Of a DNA stretch of 64,000 nucleotides, positions 41,034 through 49,997 are shown in pieces. The notes beneath the pieces were generated by a model, which saw only the letters and a program-made list of their open reading frames with translations, ran no database searches and was not told where the DNA came from. Made by a program: the position numbers and the translations under genes. The DNA is taken from NCBI GenBank assembly GCA_903825245.1, contig CAIJZX010000031.1, positions 14,413 to 78,412 of the forward strand, in the 5' to 3' direction. The DNA comes from Candidatus Kerfeldbacteria bacterium (lineage in GTDB: Bacteria; Patescibacteriota; Patescibacteriia; SBBC01; CAIJZX01). Position 1 is the stretch's first letter. Each line of letters opens with the position of its first letter.

Positions 41034-43970
41034 TTACACTGCCCGAAATTCACAAATATCCTTGTAATCACAATAATCACACATAAACTTGTTCGGCGTG
41101 GCATGGAAGTCGCCGGATTGAATCCCTTGCACTGTTTCTCGCACCCAATCAAGCGCTGCTGCCGAATCTTTTCCGCTCGGCGCCATCGACCGCGTTTCAT
41201 TTTCGTCGATGAAGGAATACTCTAATTCTTTCACCTCACCGTTGAGAATATTCGGATCTTTCACAGCCAGGGCGTAAATGAGGAGTTGGTACTTATCATC
41301 GCGTTCAAATTTTTCTTTGACCTTGCCGGTTTTATAATCGACGATTTTCACTTCCGGCTTGTCGTCAGTTCCGCCGATACGATCAATGCGATCAATCGCG
41401 CCATTAATCACAAACTCATCAACTTTCAAATTAAAGATTTGTTCGAGCCGTAGAACATTCGGCAATGCTTTTACTGTTTTCACATACCAGGCCGTTAGTG
41501 CCTTCTCGCCTTTCGTGAAGTATTCCTGGCGTAATTTCTTCGTGGTGTACCACTCGTCAATAAACGCCTGCTGGTATATGGTCAGTAACTCCGTCAGCGA
41601 AACAAGATTGCCACTTGTTTTCTTTTCCGCCGCCCGTTGTTGCCAGAGCGTAAAGAAATTCTGGAGCGTCTTGTGCATCGATGATCCATATGACAGCGCA
41701 TAACTTCCTTTCTTCGGTACTTGCAACACAAAAGCGTAGCGATACTTCCACGGACAATCGTTGTACGTCGAGAGCTTGGTAAAGCTATAATGTTTCTCGC
41801 GACTCAAGTATGTTGCAACCTCGTCTTTCTGTTTCGGTGTTGGTTGGAATTCACGGACTGGCAGCGGTGGTTTTTTCTTTTCTGCGCCGACCGGCGACTG
41901 GAGCACGCCGAGTTCATATAAAAATGCCGACGGTTTCTTTCGCCGCGTTCCGCCGTAATCTTCGGCTAACGTAAAGTACACGCCGTCACGTGCACGAGTA
42001 ATCGCCACGTACATCAACCGCCGCTCTTCCTGCAGGTGCGCATCGCCGGTCGGCAAATGTTCACGAATGAGCGCGTCTGGTACCGGCACCGGGTCAGCGC
42101 GGTTCATGCCTGGGAAACGCTGTTCGACAACGTTACCGATAAACACGTAAGGAAACTCTAAACCTTTGGCCGAATGAATCGTCATGATCTTAATCGTTTC
42201 CGGTCCGGCTTCGATATCGTGCTCAAGGCCGCCAGCATCGCCGGATTCTGTCACATGTTCAATATATCGCAGAAACGCTTTCACTGTTGCTGGACGTTCT
42301 CCGGCGGCAAACGATTCGATGATTTTAAAGAGTTGGCGCAGTAAGGAAACGAGTTCATGCGATTGTGTTGTTTCATCTTTCGTAATCGCCTTCAAGTAGC
42401 CGGAATCATTGAGGAATTGCAACAACACCTCGCCGACTGGCTTCGTGTTGGCCAGCTCGGTGTGTGTTTTGATCAAATCAAGCAGTGTTCGAATACCAGT
42501 TCGTGTTTCTTCGGCCACCGACACATCATCACAGCCTAACTGTTCAAACAACGACCGCGTTTTCTTCTTTGCCTGATAGGCTAATTCAACGACGTCACCA
42601 TGGTCAATCTGGAAGATCGGCATGGCCAAAACACGATACAGCGCCGCGTTGTCATGATAATTGTCGAGTAATCGCAAGTACGATAAGAGGTCGATTACTA
42701 ACGGCTTCGTAAATAATCCACGCGCAGCCAAAAACACATGCGGCATACCGCGTCGCACAAACTCGTTGATAAAGTTTTCCGAGTGGTCATTGGCGCGAAC
42801 AAGTACGCAAAATGCGTCCCAACCGAGTTCCGGATTATCGGCGCGCAAAGCTTCAATTTTATCCGCAACAGCGCGTGCCTCTGCTTCTTGTGTTTCCATG
42901 TGCAGAACTTGTACTTCGCCGTTTCCCTCGCGTTGCGCCGCCAATTTCTTGACGACGCTGATACCGCCGAATAAATCCTGTTTCGCTTCAAGGCGATCCG
43001 GATTATTCTTTTGGATAAAATCGTATGCTAAATCAAGAATTGCTTGTTTGGTTCGATAGTTCTTTGTCAGGACGATAACTTCCGCATCAGGAAAATCTTT
43101 TTTGAAATCAATAATGTTCGATACCGAGGCGCCGCGGAATTTATAAATGGATTGATCGTCATCACCAACCACGGTCAAATTATTCCGCGGTGCGGCTAAT
43201 CGCTTGATCAATTCATACTGCGCCCAGTTTGTGTCCTGAAATTCATCGACAAGAATGTATTGAAATTGTTGTTGGTATTTTTTCAATATTGCCGGGCGTT
43301 CACGCAATAATCGTAAGGTATACAAAATCAAATCACCAAAATCGAGCGCGTTGTTGTCGAGGAGAAGTTGATTATACGTTTCATACGCTTTCGCCAGTTC
43401 TGTAATGCGATCAGCTTCGGCTTGTTCTTCTGGTGGTTTTTTTGATTTTCCCTTCGATAACGCTTTCGCATGCTTCACGTATTCCGCCGGTGAAATGTCT
43501 TCATCTTTCAAGCGCGAGAAGTGTTTGACCAGCGCCGAAATAAACTTGGTCGGGTTACCGAGCGGCCGATAGTAGTCGAGATTAAACTCATCAAGGTGTT
43601 CGCGGATGAGCAGCCACTGATCTGTCTGCGATAGTAACTTAAAATCGTTCGATAATCCAATATCAAGCGCGTGGGCTTGCAGGAGTCGCTGGCCAAACCC
43701 ATGAAACGTCATCACCCATAAATCAACATACCCAAACGGCAACACCCGCTCCACGCGGTCTTGCATTTCACCGGACGCTTTGTCGGTAAACGTCAGAGCT
43801 AAGATATTATCCGATGGCACCTGCTCATCCATGATCAGATGGGCGATGCGCTCAGTCACCACGGTTGTTTTTCCTGTTCCGGCTCCGGCTACGATTAACA
43901 GCGGCCCCTGACCATGATGAATAGCCTGCTGTTGTGCTTCATTAACTTTTTCTGGGATTTCACCGGGCAT
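41034..43970 (-). CDS. UvrD/PcrA-family SF1 helicase fused to a C-terminal RecB/Cas4-type PD-(D/E)XK nuclease with a 4-Cys cluster (AddA/AdnB-like helicase-nuclease)
   Basis: LIVAGAGTGKT Walker A and helicase motifs I-VI; C-terminal C-P-W-KYRY ... IDRID ... VDYKTG ... QLLIYALA ... CDYCDYKDIC; start set at MPGEIPEK because the ORF extension translates palindrome copy B. Confidence 0.85.
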   Translation of the reverse strand: MPGEIPEKVNEAQQQAIHHGQGPLLIVAGAGTGKTTVVTERIAHLIMDEQVPSDNILALTFTDKASGEMQDRVERVLPFGYVDLWVMTFHGFGQRLLQAHALDIGLSNDFKLLSQTDQWLLIREHLDEFNLDYYRPLGNPTKFISALVKHFSRLKDEDISPAEYVKHAKALSKGKSKKPPEEQAEADRITELAKAYETYNQLLLDNNALDFGDLILYTLRLLRERPAILKKYQQQFQYILVDEFQDTNWAQYELIKRLAAPRNNLTVVGDDDQSIYKFRGASVSNIIDFKKDFPDAEVIVLTKNYRTKQAILDLAYDFIQKNNPDRLEAKQDLFGGISVVKKLAAQREGNGEVQVLHMETQEAEARAVADKIEALRADNPELGWDAFCVLVRANDHSENFINEFVRRGMPHVFLAARGLFTKPLVIDLLSYLRLLDNYHDNAALYRVLAMPIFQIDHGDVVELAYQAKKKTRSLFEQLGCDDVSVAEETRTGIRTLLDLIKTHTELANTKPVGEVLLQFLNDSGYLKAITKDETTQSHELVSLLRQLFKIIESFAAGERPATVKAFLRYIEHVTESGDAGGLEHDIEAGPETIKIMTIHSAKGLEFPYVFIGNVVEQRFPGMNRADPVPVPDALIREHLPTGDAHLQEERRLMYVAITRARDGVYFTLAEDYGGTRRKKPSAFLYELGVLQSPVGAEKKKPPLPVREFQPTPKQKDEVATYLSREKHYSFTKLSTYNDCPWKYRYAFVLQVPKKGSYALSYGSSMHKTLQNFFTLWQQRAAEKKTSGNLVSLTELLTIYQQAFIDEWYTTKKLRQEYFTKGEKALTAWYVKTVKALPNVLRLEQIFNLKVDEFVINGAIDRIDRIGGTDDKPEVKIVDYKTGKVKEKFERDDKYQLLIYALAVKDPNILNGEVKELEYSFIDENETRSMAPSGKDSAAALDWVRETVQGIQSGDFHATPNKFMCDYCDYKDICEFRAV

Positions 43971-43991
43971 GTGATTAGTGTACCATAAAAT

Positions 43992-44019
43992 CCTTAATGG
44001 GACTGAGTCCCAATAAGGA
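43992..44019. repeat. palindrome copy B (cttaatggga-ctgag-tcccaataagg) in the helicase-nuclease 5' region
   Basis: Read directly; one mismatch relative to copy A. Confidence 0.8.
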
Positions 44020-44129
44020 TTACCACAAATCTTTACCACAATAATCGCTTTTAAAGCTACCTTGACATACCTCCTTCGGCGTGATAGCGTCGACCCAACT
44101 TCACCCGCTCTTTCCCAAGGAGGTTACTC

Positions 44130-44630
44130 GTGAAGCTCGAAAGATTTCTCGTCTTCGTCCGCATCCTGCCCCGTCCTGGTGATGAACTCGAGCAACGAAC
44201 GCTTTTCGAATCAACGGAGTACGAAGTACCAATTTTCGGTGAATTTCTGATCGAAGCGAAAGCCGCGTCTTTCGTTGATGCACAACGGCAACCAATTTCG
44301 CGCCAGGAAATCATCAACCGGCTCTGGAAATACTTCGGTCAGCAGGGACAGGAATTGGCGGGCTCAGCCACGCTCGAAGAAGATCTCGAAACCATGGACA
44401 TGGAATTCGATGATCCCCTTCAGGCTCCACTCGATGGTTTCTGGATCAGGATCACCGGCGTGATTACCTCACTCGAGGGACAAGGTTTGTCCTGGAATGC
44501 TCCGATGAGACACGGCCGCTTGCCTGCCATCCCTCAGATGACGGTCGAAAATGCTGATGCCATCGGTTATCCAATCGCCCACGTCCTGGCCGAGATCGTC
44601 GAGTTCGAAGTTGATCCTATGAGCGTTTGA
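44130..44630 (+). CDS. hypothetical acidic protein (166 aa), GTG start
   Basis: AAGGAGG 7 nt upstream of the GTG; divergent from the helicase-nuclease; no recognisable domain. Confidence 0.5.
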   Translation: MKLERFLVFVRILPRPGDELEQRTLFESTEYEVPIFGEFLIEAKAASFVDAQRQPISRQEIINRLWKYFGQQGQELAGSATLEEDLETMDMEFDDPLQAPLDGFWIRITGVITSLEGQGLSWNAPMRHGRLPAIPQMTVENADAIGYPIAHVLAEIVEFEVDPMSV

Positions 44631-44709
44631 TCACCGCCCCACTCTATCGTATACTCCGCCGCATTCACGTGAATGCGGTTTTTTCTTTCCTCACGCAAGC
44701 TGGTGTGTA

Positions 44710-44738
44710 CCTTAAAAGGACTGAGTCTCAATAAGAAA
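44710..44738. repeat. degenerate palindrome copy C (cttaaaagga-ctgag-tctcaataag) followed by a small hairpin caccg-tgataag-cggtg
   Basis: Read directly. Confidence 0.6.
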
Positions 44739-44764
44739 AACACCGTGATAAGCGGTGTAAAGAT

Positions 44765-45124
44765 CTACGCGGGACTACTTGGGTTTTGTTTGGACATAGC
44801 CACTGGATGCATTTTCGACTGCCAATCGCCTGTCGCCGGATCGCGCCAGACATCCATCGGTACCTCCATCCAAACCCGGACCGGTTTTCCGTGCACGAGC
44901 GCCGGTGTGAATTGTGCTGACCGCAAGGCCTGCACTGCGTTCTCTTCCCACGGCGTGGGTTTCCGAAGCGAGTCGCCGACGAAACAACGGGCAATCGTTC
45001 CATCGGTGTTGAGCAGAGCCGTGACCGATACAATGCCGTTTGCGGGTGGTAGTGGAGTTTCCGTGCATGATTGGGCACCCACCACGAGCAGGCAACACCC
45101 AATGAACACCATACGACGAAGTCG
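44765..45124 (-). CDS. small exported (possibly lipo-) protein with a TonB-C-terminal-like domain
   Basis: MRLRRMVFIGCCLLVVGAQSC signal peptide; FTPALVHGKPVRVWMEVPMDV resembles TonB_C; preferred over the antisense 305-aa ORF. Confidence 0.45.
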   Translation of the reverse strand, partial: RLRRMVFIGCCLLVVGAQSCTETPLPPANGIVSVTALLNTDGTIARCFVGDSLRKPTPWEENAVQALRSAQFTPALVHGKPVRVWMEVPMDVWRDPATGDWQSKMHPVAMSKQNPSSPA

Positions 45125-45266
45125 CATCAGACCTCCTTTGAAAGGGACAACGAACATTCCGTACTCTACCAACGAAAAAACCGGTCGTCAACCGTATGGC
45201 TGGACATGCAAAAATGGAGCTGAGCTGAAATACACTCCGCCGATTAGCTCCTCGATGCTGACACCG

Positions 45267-45677
45267 CTAAACAGCTTCGACGGTCACGCTATGGTTATCC
45301 CCGAGCGTCGCCAGGAACGTTTTCACGGTCAATCCGAATTTCGCTTCGATCATGGCTTTCGCTTTCGCCAGATCGGCGTGATGTCGTTCGGTTTCGGCTT
45401 CCGGTGTGGCAAAAATTTTTCCGTAAGCGCCGCAATCGCGGTGGTTGATAAGCCACACTTCCGAAATTTCATGCAAGCGCTTCGAAATATCAATTTGTCG
45501 TTCAATGAATTCTATGTCGGTCGGTTGCGTCGGATCGACGAGATTCTTCACCGCCCCAGCAACCACCACGCGATCATACTGATTCGTTAAACCCTGGTCA
45601 TCGAACCAAAGATTCATTCCGTCAACCAGGCGAAAATCCATACAGTGGAGAACGAGGGCTTTGGCGTTGTGGGACAT
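45267..45677 (-). CDS. beta-class carbonic anhydrase-like protein (short form)
   Basis: CxDxR (LHCMDFRL) and HxxCG (NHRDCGA) zinc-ligand motifs. Confidence 0.55.
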   Translation of the reverse strand: MSHNAKALVLHCMDFRLVDGMNLWFDDQGLTNQYDRVVVAGAVKNLVDPTQPTDIEFIERQIDISKRLHEISEVWLINHRDCGAYGKIFATPEAETERHHADLAKAKAMIEAKFGLTVKTFLATLGDNHSVTVEAV

Positions 45678-45801
45678 TATTTCAGTATCATTAGTGATAA
45701 AAATATAGTGTAGCAAAAAAAGAGTCGTCGCACTATCTTGACGAACCCCATGCCGTCCTCCAGCTTGCGCTGGAGTTCCTCCCTTCCCCTCAAACGAGGG
45801 G

Positions 45802-45830
45802 AAGTGTATATAAAAAAATGGACTGGTAGT
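45802..45830 (-). terminator. intrinsic terminator (ggactgg-tagtgta-ccagtcc plus a U run on the minus strand) of the 45867..46595 gene
   Basis: 7-bp stem with TTTTTTTA on the minus strand. Confidence 0.65.
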
Positions 45831-45866
45831 GTACCAGTCCGGTGAGAATCGAACAAGAACGAGCGT

Positions 45867-46595
45867 TTACGACACGAGCAACCGTTCCAGCAAATCGGGC
45901 GCCAGCCGTTCGACGAACTGAATGTCCGTCATCCGCATGACCTCAGCCATACCGATTTTCCGGAACAATTCATTCTTGTCGTCAATGACCCGCGTGCGCT
46001 GGTGCTCAATGCCGTCCTTACAGAAACGACGGTTGTACATGCAGTAGATGCCGAGCTCTCCGAAAATCGGAACCAGGCGTCGACAGACCTGCCGCTTCGC
46101 ATCAACCGTCAGGAAGATGCGCTGGGCGACAGTGATGCCGCGGGCCTCGCACACGCCACAGTGATCGCCGTGACTCGACAAGCCGATCGTCCGCGCGTTG
46201 AGGATTCCGATCGCATCGGCAAAGTCGTCCATCTTGCCAATGAAATACTCCGGAATATACCCCGGGCAGTACTCCGAAAACTTGATTGCCCCGCCCCCGC
46301 CATCAATGCGAGTGATTTTTTTCTTCGGCTTCAGGACCGGTACTTGCGTTTTCAGATCGCCATGAAGCTTGTTGTGCGTCTTGTACATCCACTCATGGCG
46401 CGGAATACACGTATCCGGATCAAAGCAGTCGTTATCGATGATGACCGGCGCCTCACTTTCATCGTTCGTCAGGTGACGAAAAACATCGATCCGATGCATA
46501 GCAACGACGACAAGCGAGCTGGCCGGTTGTTTACCTTCTCCAAGATACACGCGGAACCTCCTTGTGTTGGCGTTTTCTAGTGATGGAATGAACAA
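45867..46595 (-). CDS. hypothetical Cys-containing protein (242 aa)
   Basis: Clean ORF; HGDHCGVCEARG segment; no confident family. Confidence 0.4.
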   Translation of the reverse strand: MFIPSLENANTRRFRVYLGEGKQPASSLVVVAMHRIDVFRHLTNDESEAPVIIDNDCFDPDTCIPRHEWMYKTHNKLHGDLKTQVPVLKPKKKITRIDGGGGAIKFSEYCPGYIPEYFIGKMDDFADAIGILNARTIGLSSHGDHCGVCEARGITVAQRIFLTVDAKRQVCRRLVPIFGELGIYCMYNRRFCKDGIEHQRTRVIDDKNELFRKIGMAEVMRMTDIQFVERLAPDLLERLLVS

Positions 46596-46628
46596 ACTAA
46601 GTTACGACCATACGCCAAAAGCGGGATA

Positions 46629-46745
46629 TTGTCAACCCAGCACCACAATGACGAAAATATGGCTATGTAATATCGTAGTTTTTTGTGAGAATCTTCATAT
46701 TGCAATTAAACCACAAATCAATCATTGTGGTGCTGGGTCAACCCC
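46629..46745. repeat. long inverted-repeat element, copy 2 (gtcaacccagcaccacaatga ... tcattgtggtgctgggtcaac) with a 70-nt AT-rich spacer; GTCAAC direct repeat at both ends
   Basis: 17-bp perfect arms read directly. Confidence 0.65.
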
Positions 46746-46811
46746 ACCTACCGTTATGCAAACAAGCACCGTCAGCTTACGGTTTCTCGCAACTGGTTGT
46801 ATAAATTTGTT

Positions 46812-48374
46812 TTACCGTCGTTGATAAATCCCAAATTTCCCGTATTGATAGACCAGGATAAAGTGCTCGGTAAAATCCGGTAACTTCGAAATCGCCTTGT
46901 AGACGGTATCGGGAGGATAGGACATCATGGCAATGTAGTTCACACTGGCCGACGGTTTGGCTAATGCGTTTGTCCAATATTGTCGCGTTCCTTCATGCAC
47001 ATATGTCCGCATCGGCAAACCGGTACGAGCCACAAATGCATCATGTGATGCAAGGCTCGTAAGTATTAGACCACCTTGATAATGCTGAGCAAGCCAGTGA
47101 CTCGCTTCAACCGTATAACTCGTTGTGGCTAATCCTTTAAGTCCGTCAGCTAAAACAATCGGGGTTCCCTGATATGCAAAGAGTCCAAATTGCACCACCA
47201 CGGCCATCATGGCAATCCACACAAATTTTCGATATGATGCAGCCAATCCGATAATCACCGCCATCGCCGGAATGACAAGCAAACCATAGCGGGTATTAAA
47301 CAATCCGGGATTTATTGCCGCTTGCGGAATATTCAATCCTGATTGACCGAAGTATAGCGCCAGCACATTAAAAACAAATGGCGTTGCTAACGCAGCCAGA
47401 ATAATCCAGGTCGCTGATTTCCGTAGGAACCAGACCAAGGCCGCTAAGCTAGCCACGGTTACCACCGATATCGCCCACCCAATCGAATCCACCATCGCCC
47501 ACCCGTAGTACGAAAGTGAAGTAACAATATGTCCGGCCGTCGGCAATTGCCCCGCACTGCGGATAACATTCTGTTGTGAAAGCGCAGAATACGGGCCGCG
47601 CATGAAGTATAAGGCATCGCCGAAAATAGCTTGATTCCAGAGTAACCACACAACGATTCCAAAACCGCCGATAGAGAGAAATAAAACGAGTGCACCTTCG
47701 GCTTTCTTCCGTCCGCGCGTCACCCAACCCCAACTATATAACATAACCGCAATACTGGCGAAGAAAAACCAACCATCATAGCGAACGAGCGTCGTTGCTA
47801 AAACACTCAGCCCACACTGCAATAAATTCGCAATACTCTTCGTGGTAATGTATTTCGCTAATGCGTAGACCGCTAACGTTGCTCCAGCGAGAAATAGCGG
47901 CTCTGTCATCGGCGTCGTCGATAAATACAGGAAATTAGGATTTGTTCCCACAATCAACGCTCCAGCAATCGCCGCCAAGGTATTCTTCGTCAGCAGTCGA
48001 ATGAGTTTCCAAACAAAAACCACAGTTAGCACATATGATGCCATCGACACGATACTCCCAGCTAAACCCGAATGCCACATGAAATTGTTCCAAACAGTCA
48101 ACAACATCAACAGATGAGGTAACGGTAACCACACCGTTCCGATTTGTGATAATCCAGGTGTTAAGTTATCGACAATCCGCCGAGCGATGTTGAGGTGCGA
48201 CGCGGCGTCGTTGTAGGTGAGGACGTAGCCGTGATGGAATGACCAGAACCAAGAAAGACAGATAACCAAAATTGCTACCAACCAAATGTGTTTTTCTATT
48301 ACATGAAAATTGACACTGGAATGGCTCTTAAGCTTATCCTCAAATATTTGCTGTTTTGACTCCCTCAGATCCAT
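46812..48374 (-). CDS. GT-C fold membrane glycosyltransferase (ArnT/PMT-like), paralog 2
   Basis: YNDAASHLNIARRIVDNLTPGLSQIGTVWLPLPHLL is conserved with the next gene; more than 10 TM helices. Confidence 0.55.
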   Translation of the reverse strand: MDLRESKQQIFEDKLKSHSSVNFHVIEKHIWLVAILVICLSWFWSFHHGYVLTYNDAASHLNIARRIVDNLTPGLSQIGTVWLPLPHLLMLLTVWNNFMWHSGLAGSIVSMASYVLTVVFVWKLIRLLTKNTLAAIAGALIVGTNPNFLYLSTTPMTEPLFLAGATLAVYALAKYITTKSIANLLQCGLSVLATTLVRYDGWFFFASIAVMLYSWGWVTRGRKKAEGALVLFLSIGGFGIVVWLLWNQAIFGDALYFMRGPYSALSQQNVIRSAGQLPTAGHIVTSLSYYGWAMVDSIGWAISVVTVASLAALVWFLRKSATWIILAALATPFVFNVLALYFGQSGLNIPQAAINPGLFNTRYGLLVIPAMAVIIGLAASYRKFVWIAMMAVVVQFGLFAYQGTPIVLADGLKGLATTSYTVEASHWLAQHYQGGLILTSLASHDAFVARTGLPMRTYVHEGTRQYWTNALAKPSASVNYIAMMSYPPDTVYKAISKLPDFTEHFILVYQYGKFGIYQRR

Positions 48375-48413
48375 GTATGAACAGACGTTATGTAAAAAAC
48401 TATAGTATGTGAA

Positions 48414-49997
48414 CTATTTTTTAATATACATTTGCATAGACCCGTAGTTGGCAGCTTTAATATAGTTATTCTGAAAGTCGACGTTATTAGACATGCTTGA
48501 TTTTATCTTATCAAGCCAAGATTCACCAAAAACTATACATTTTGCATATTTCGTTGGCACCATTAATGATGCTTTCCAATATTTGCCCGTACCTTCTGTA
48601 ATAAAGTGATTCATAGTAAGTCCTGCTCGGAATACTATAGTTTCGAAGCCAGCAGCGCTTATTAAGGTTAATCCATCACTACAATTTTTGCCAATCCATT
48701 GTGCTGTTTTTGTGTCAGTAATATTGTTTCCCGCCATTGTGTCTTTAAGGTCAGTAATATTACGCGCTTTAAGTTGGCCACCATTATAATAAAATGTTAC
48801 TGCTTGCAAAAGAAGTAACAACAATACTATTGCCTTAACGGACTTACTCCTCACTGTTAAAAAACCAATTAAAATGGCAATTGACGGTAACATGATTAAT
48901 CCATAACGCACATTGAAGAAAGACGGGTCAAATGGAGTAACGTCTGGAAGCCAAATTATTGATTGCCCGATAAATAAAGAGATACAATGAAAAATATATG
49001 GGACGAACAAAAATACTGCCAATGAAATTTTTATTTGTAATTTTATTTTTTTAAAGAATAGTGAAATTAAACCTAAAATTCCAAGTATAAATGCAATCCA
49101 GCCCGAGTTATATATTACTGCTTTACTATATGTCCATATAGCTAATAAAATATTGCCCTTAGCTGGTAACTTCCCAAGCTGTTCCCATATAATTTGCTGC
49201 CCTCTCGCCGAAAATTCACTCGACATAAAGTAGGTAGCGCTTCCAAAAATAGTTTGGTTATATATTAGCCATAAAACAATACCCAAGCCTCCCAGAAAAA
49301 GAAATATAATGGTTCTTCCTTCAGCATATTTGTAATTACGTTTTTTTATACTGATAATAAAAACATAGGGAACCGCGAAGATAAATAGGAACCAGCCTTC
49401 ATATCGCGTCAAGGTAGCAAAAAATACTAATAACGCCCCTATTAATAGTTGAGATATTTTTTGTTCAACACCCCATTTTAGCAAAAAATATATACTCCAA
49501 ATACATGTGGCAATAAGTAATGGTTCAAACATTGCCGTCGTTTGCATATACAGTAAATTTGCATTCGTCGCAAAAGCGAACGCACCAATTAATCCCGACA
49601 CTTTATCTTTTGTCAGGAAAGTAACGATTTTGTAGATTGCAAGTACAGAAATAATAAAGGAAAGCATTGATACTGTGCTTCCCGCAAATCCGCTTTGCCA
49701 AAGAAAAAAGTTTATCGCCAGAGGCAATTCAAGAAGATGTAATAGTGGCAACCAATTGCTTCCAATTTGGACTATACCCGGTGTTAATGAGTCTGTAATC
49801 CTGCGTGCAATATTCAGATGCGATGCTGCATCATTATATTCAAGTGTAAGATGGTGTGTGTAATAGAAAACTAAGGCTGTGACGCTTACAATAGTAGATA
49901 CTATAAGGACTATAATTTGATCGTGTTTACGAAATAACTCCAGAAATTTTGCTTTCATATCAACTCGGTTTGACTTGCGCGATAAGTCGCTGATCAA
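48414..49997 (-). CDS. GT-C fold membrane glycosyltransferase, paralog 3, AT-rich (compositionally atypical)
   Basis: YNDAASHLNIARRITDSLTPGIVQIGSNWLPLLHLL; GC content by eye is much lower than the flanking genes. Confidence 0.55.
   Translation of the reverse strand: MISDLSRKSNRVDMKAKFLELFRKHDQIIVLIVSTIVSVTALVFYYTHHLTLEYNDAASHLNIARRITDSLTPGIVQIGSNWLPLLHLLELPLAINFFLWQSGFAGSTVSMLSFIISVLAIYKIVTFLTKDKVSGLIGAFAFATNANLLYMQTTAMFEPLLIATCIWSIYFLLKWGVEQKISQLLIGALLVFFATLTRYEGWFLFIFAVPYVFIISIKKRNYKYAEGRTIIFLFLGGLGIVLWLIYNQTIFGSATYFMSSEFSARGQQIIWEQLGKLPAKGNILLAIWTYSKAVIYNSGWIAFILGILGLISLFFKKIKLQIKISLAVFLFVPYIFHCISLFIGQSIIWLPDVTPFDPSFFNVRYGLIMLPSIAILIGFLTVRSKSVKAIVLLLLLLQAVTFYYNGGQLKARNITDLKDTMAGNNITDTKTAQWIGKNCSDGLTLISAAGFETIVFRAGLTMNHFITEGTGKYWKASLMVPTKYAKCIVFGESWLDKIKSSMSNNVDFQNNYIKAANYGSMQMYIKK

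Noticed and set aside
40004-44738. Possible CRISPR array
   Set aside because: The three palindrome copies are kilobases apart and not in a regular repeat-spacer array. No cas genes are present.
44673-45590. 305-aa plus-strand ORF
   Set aside because: R/S/C-rich low-complexity translation. The antisense frame encodes a plausible signal-peptide/TonB_C-like protein and a beta-CA-like protein, so the plus-strand ORF is taken as spurious.
45831-45866. tRNA-like TTCGATT segment
   Set aside because: The flanking bases cannot form a T-stem or acceptor stem. The hairpin here is the intrinsic terminator of the upstream gene.
46002-46580. 192-aa plus-strand ORF antisense to 45867..46595
   Set aside because: R/A-rich antisense artefact. 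The minus-strand frame gives the better protein-like sequence.
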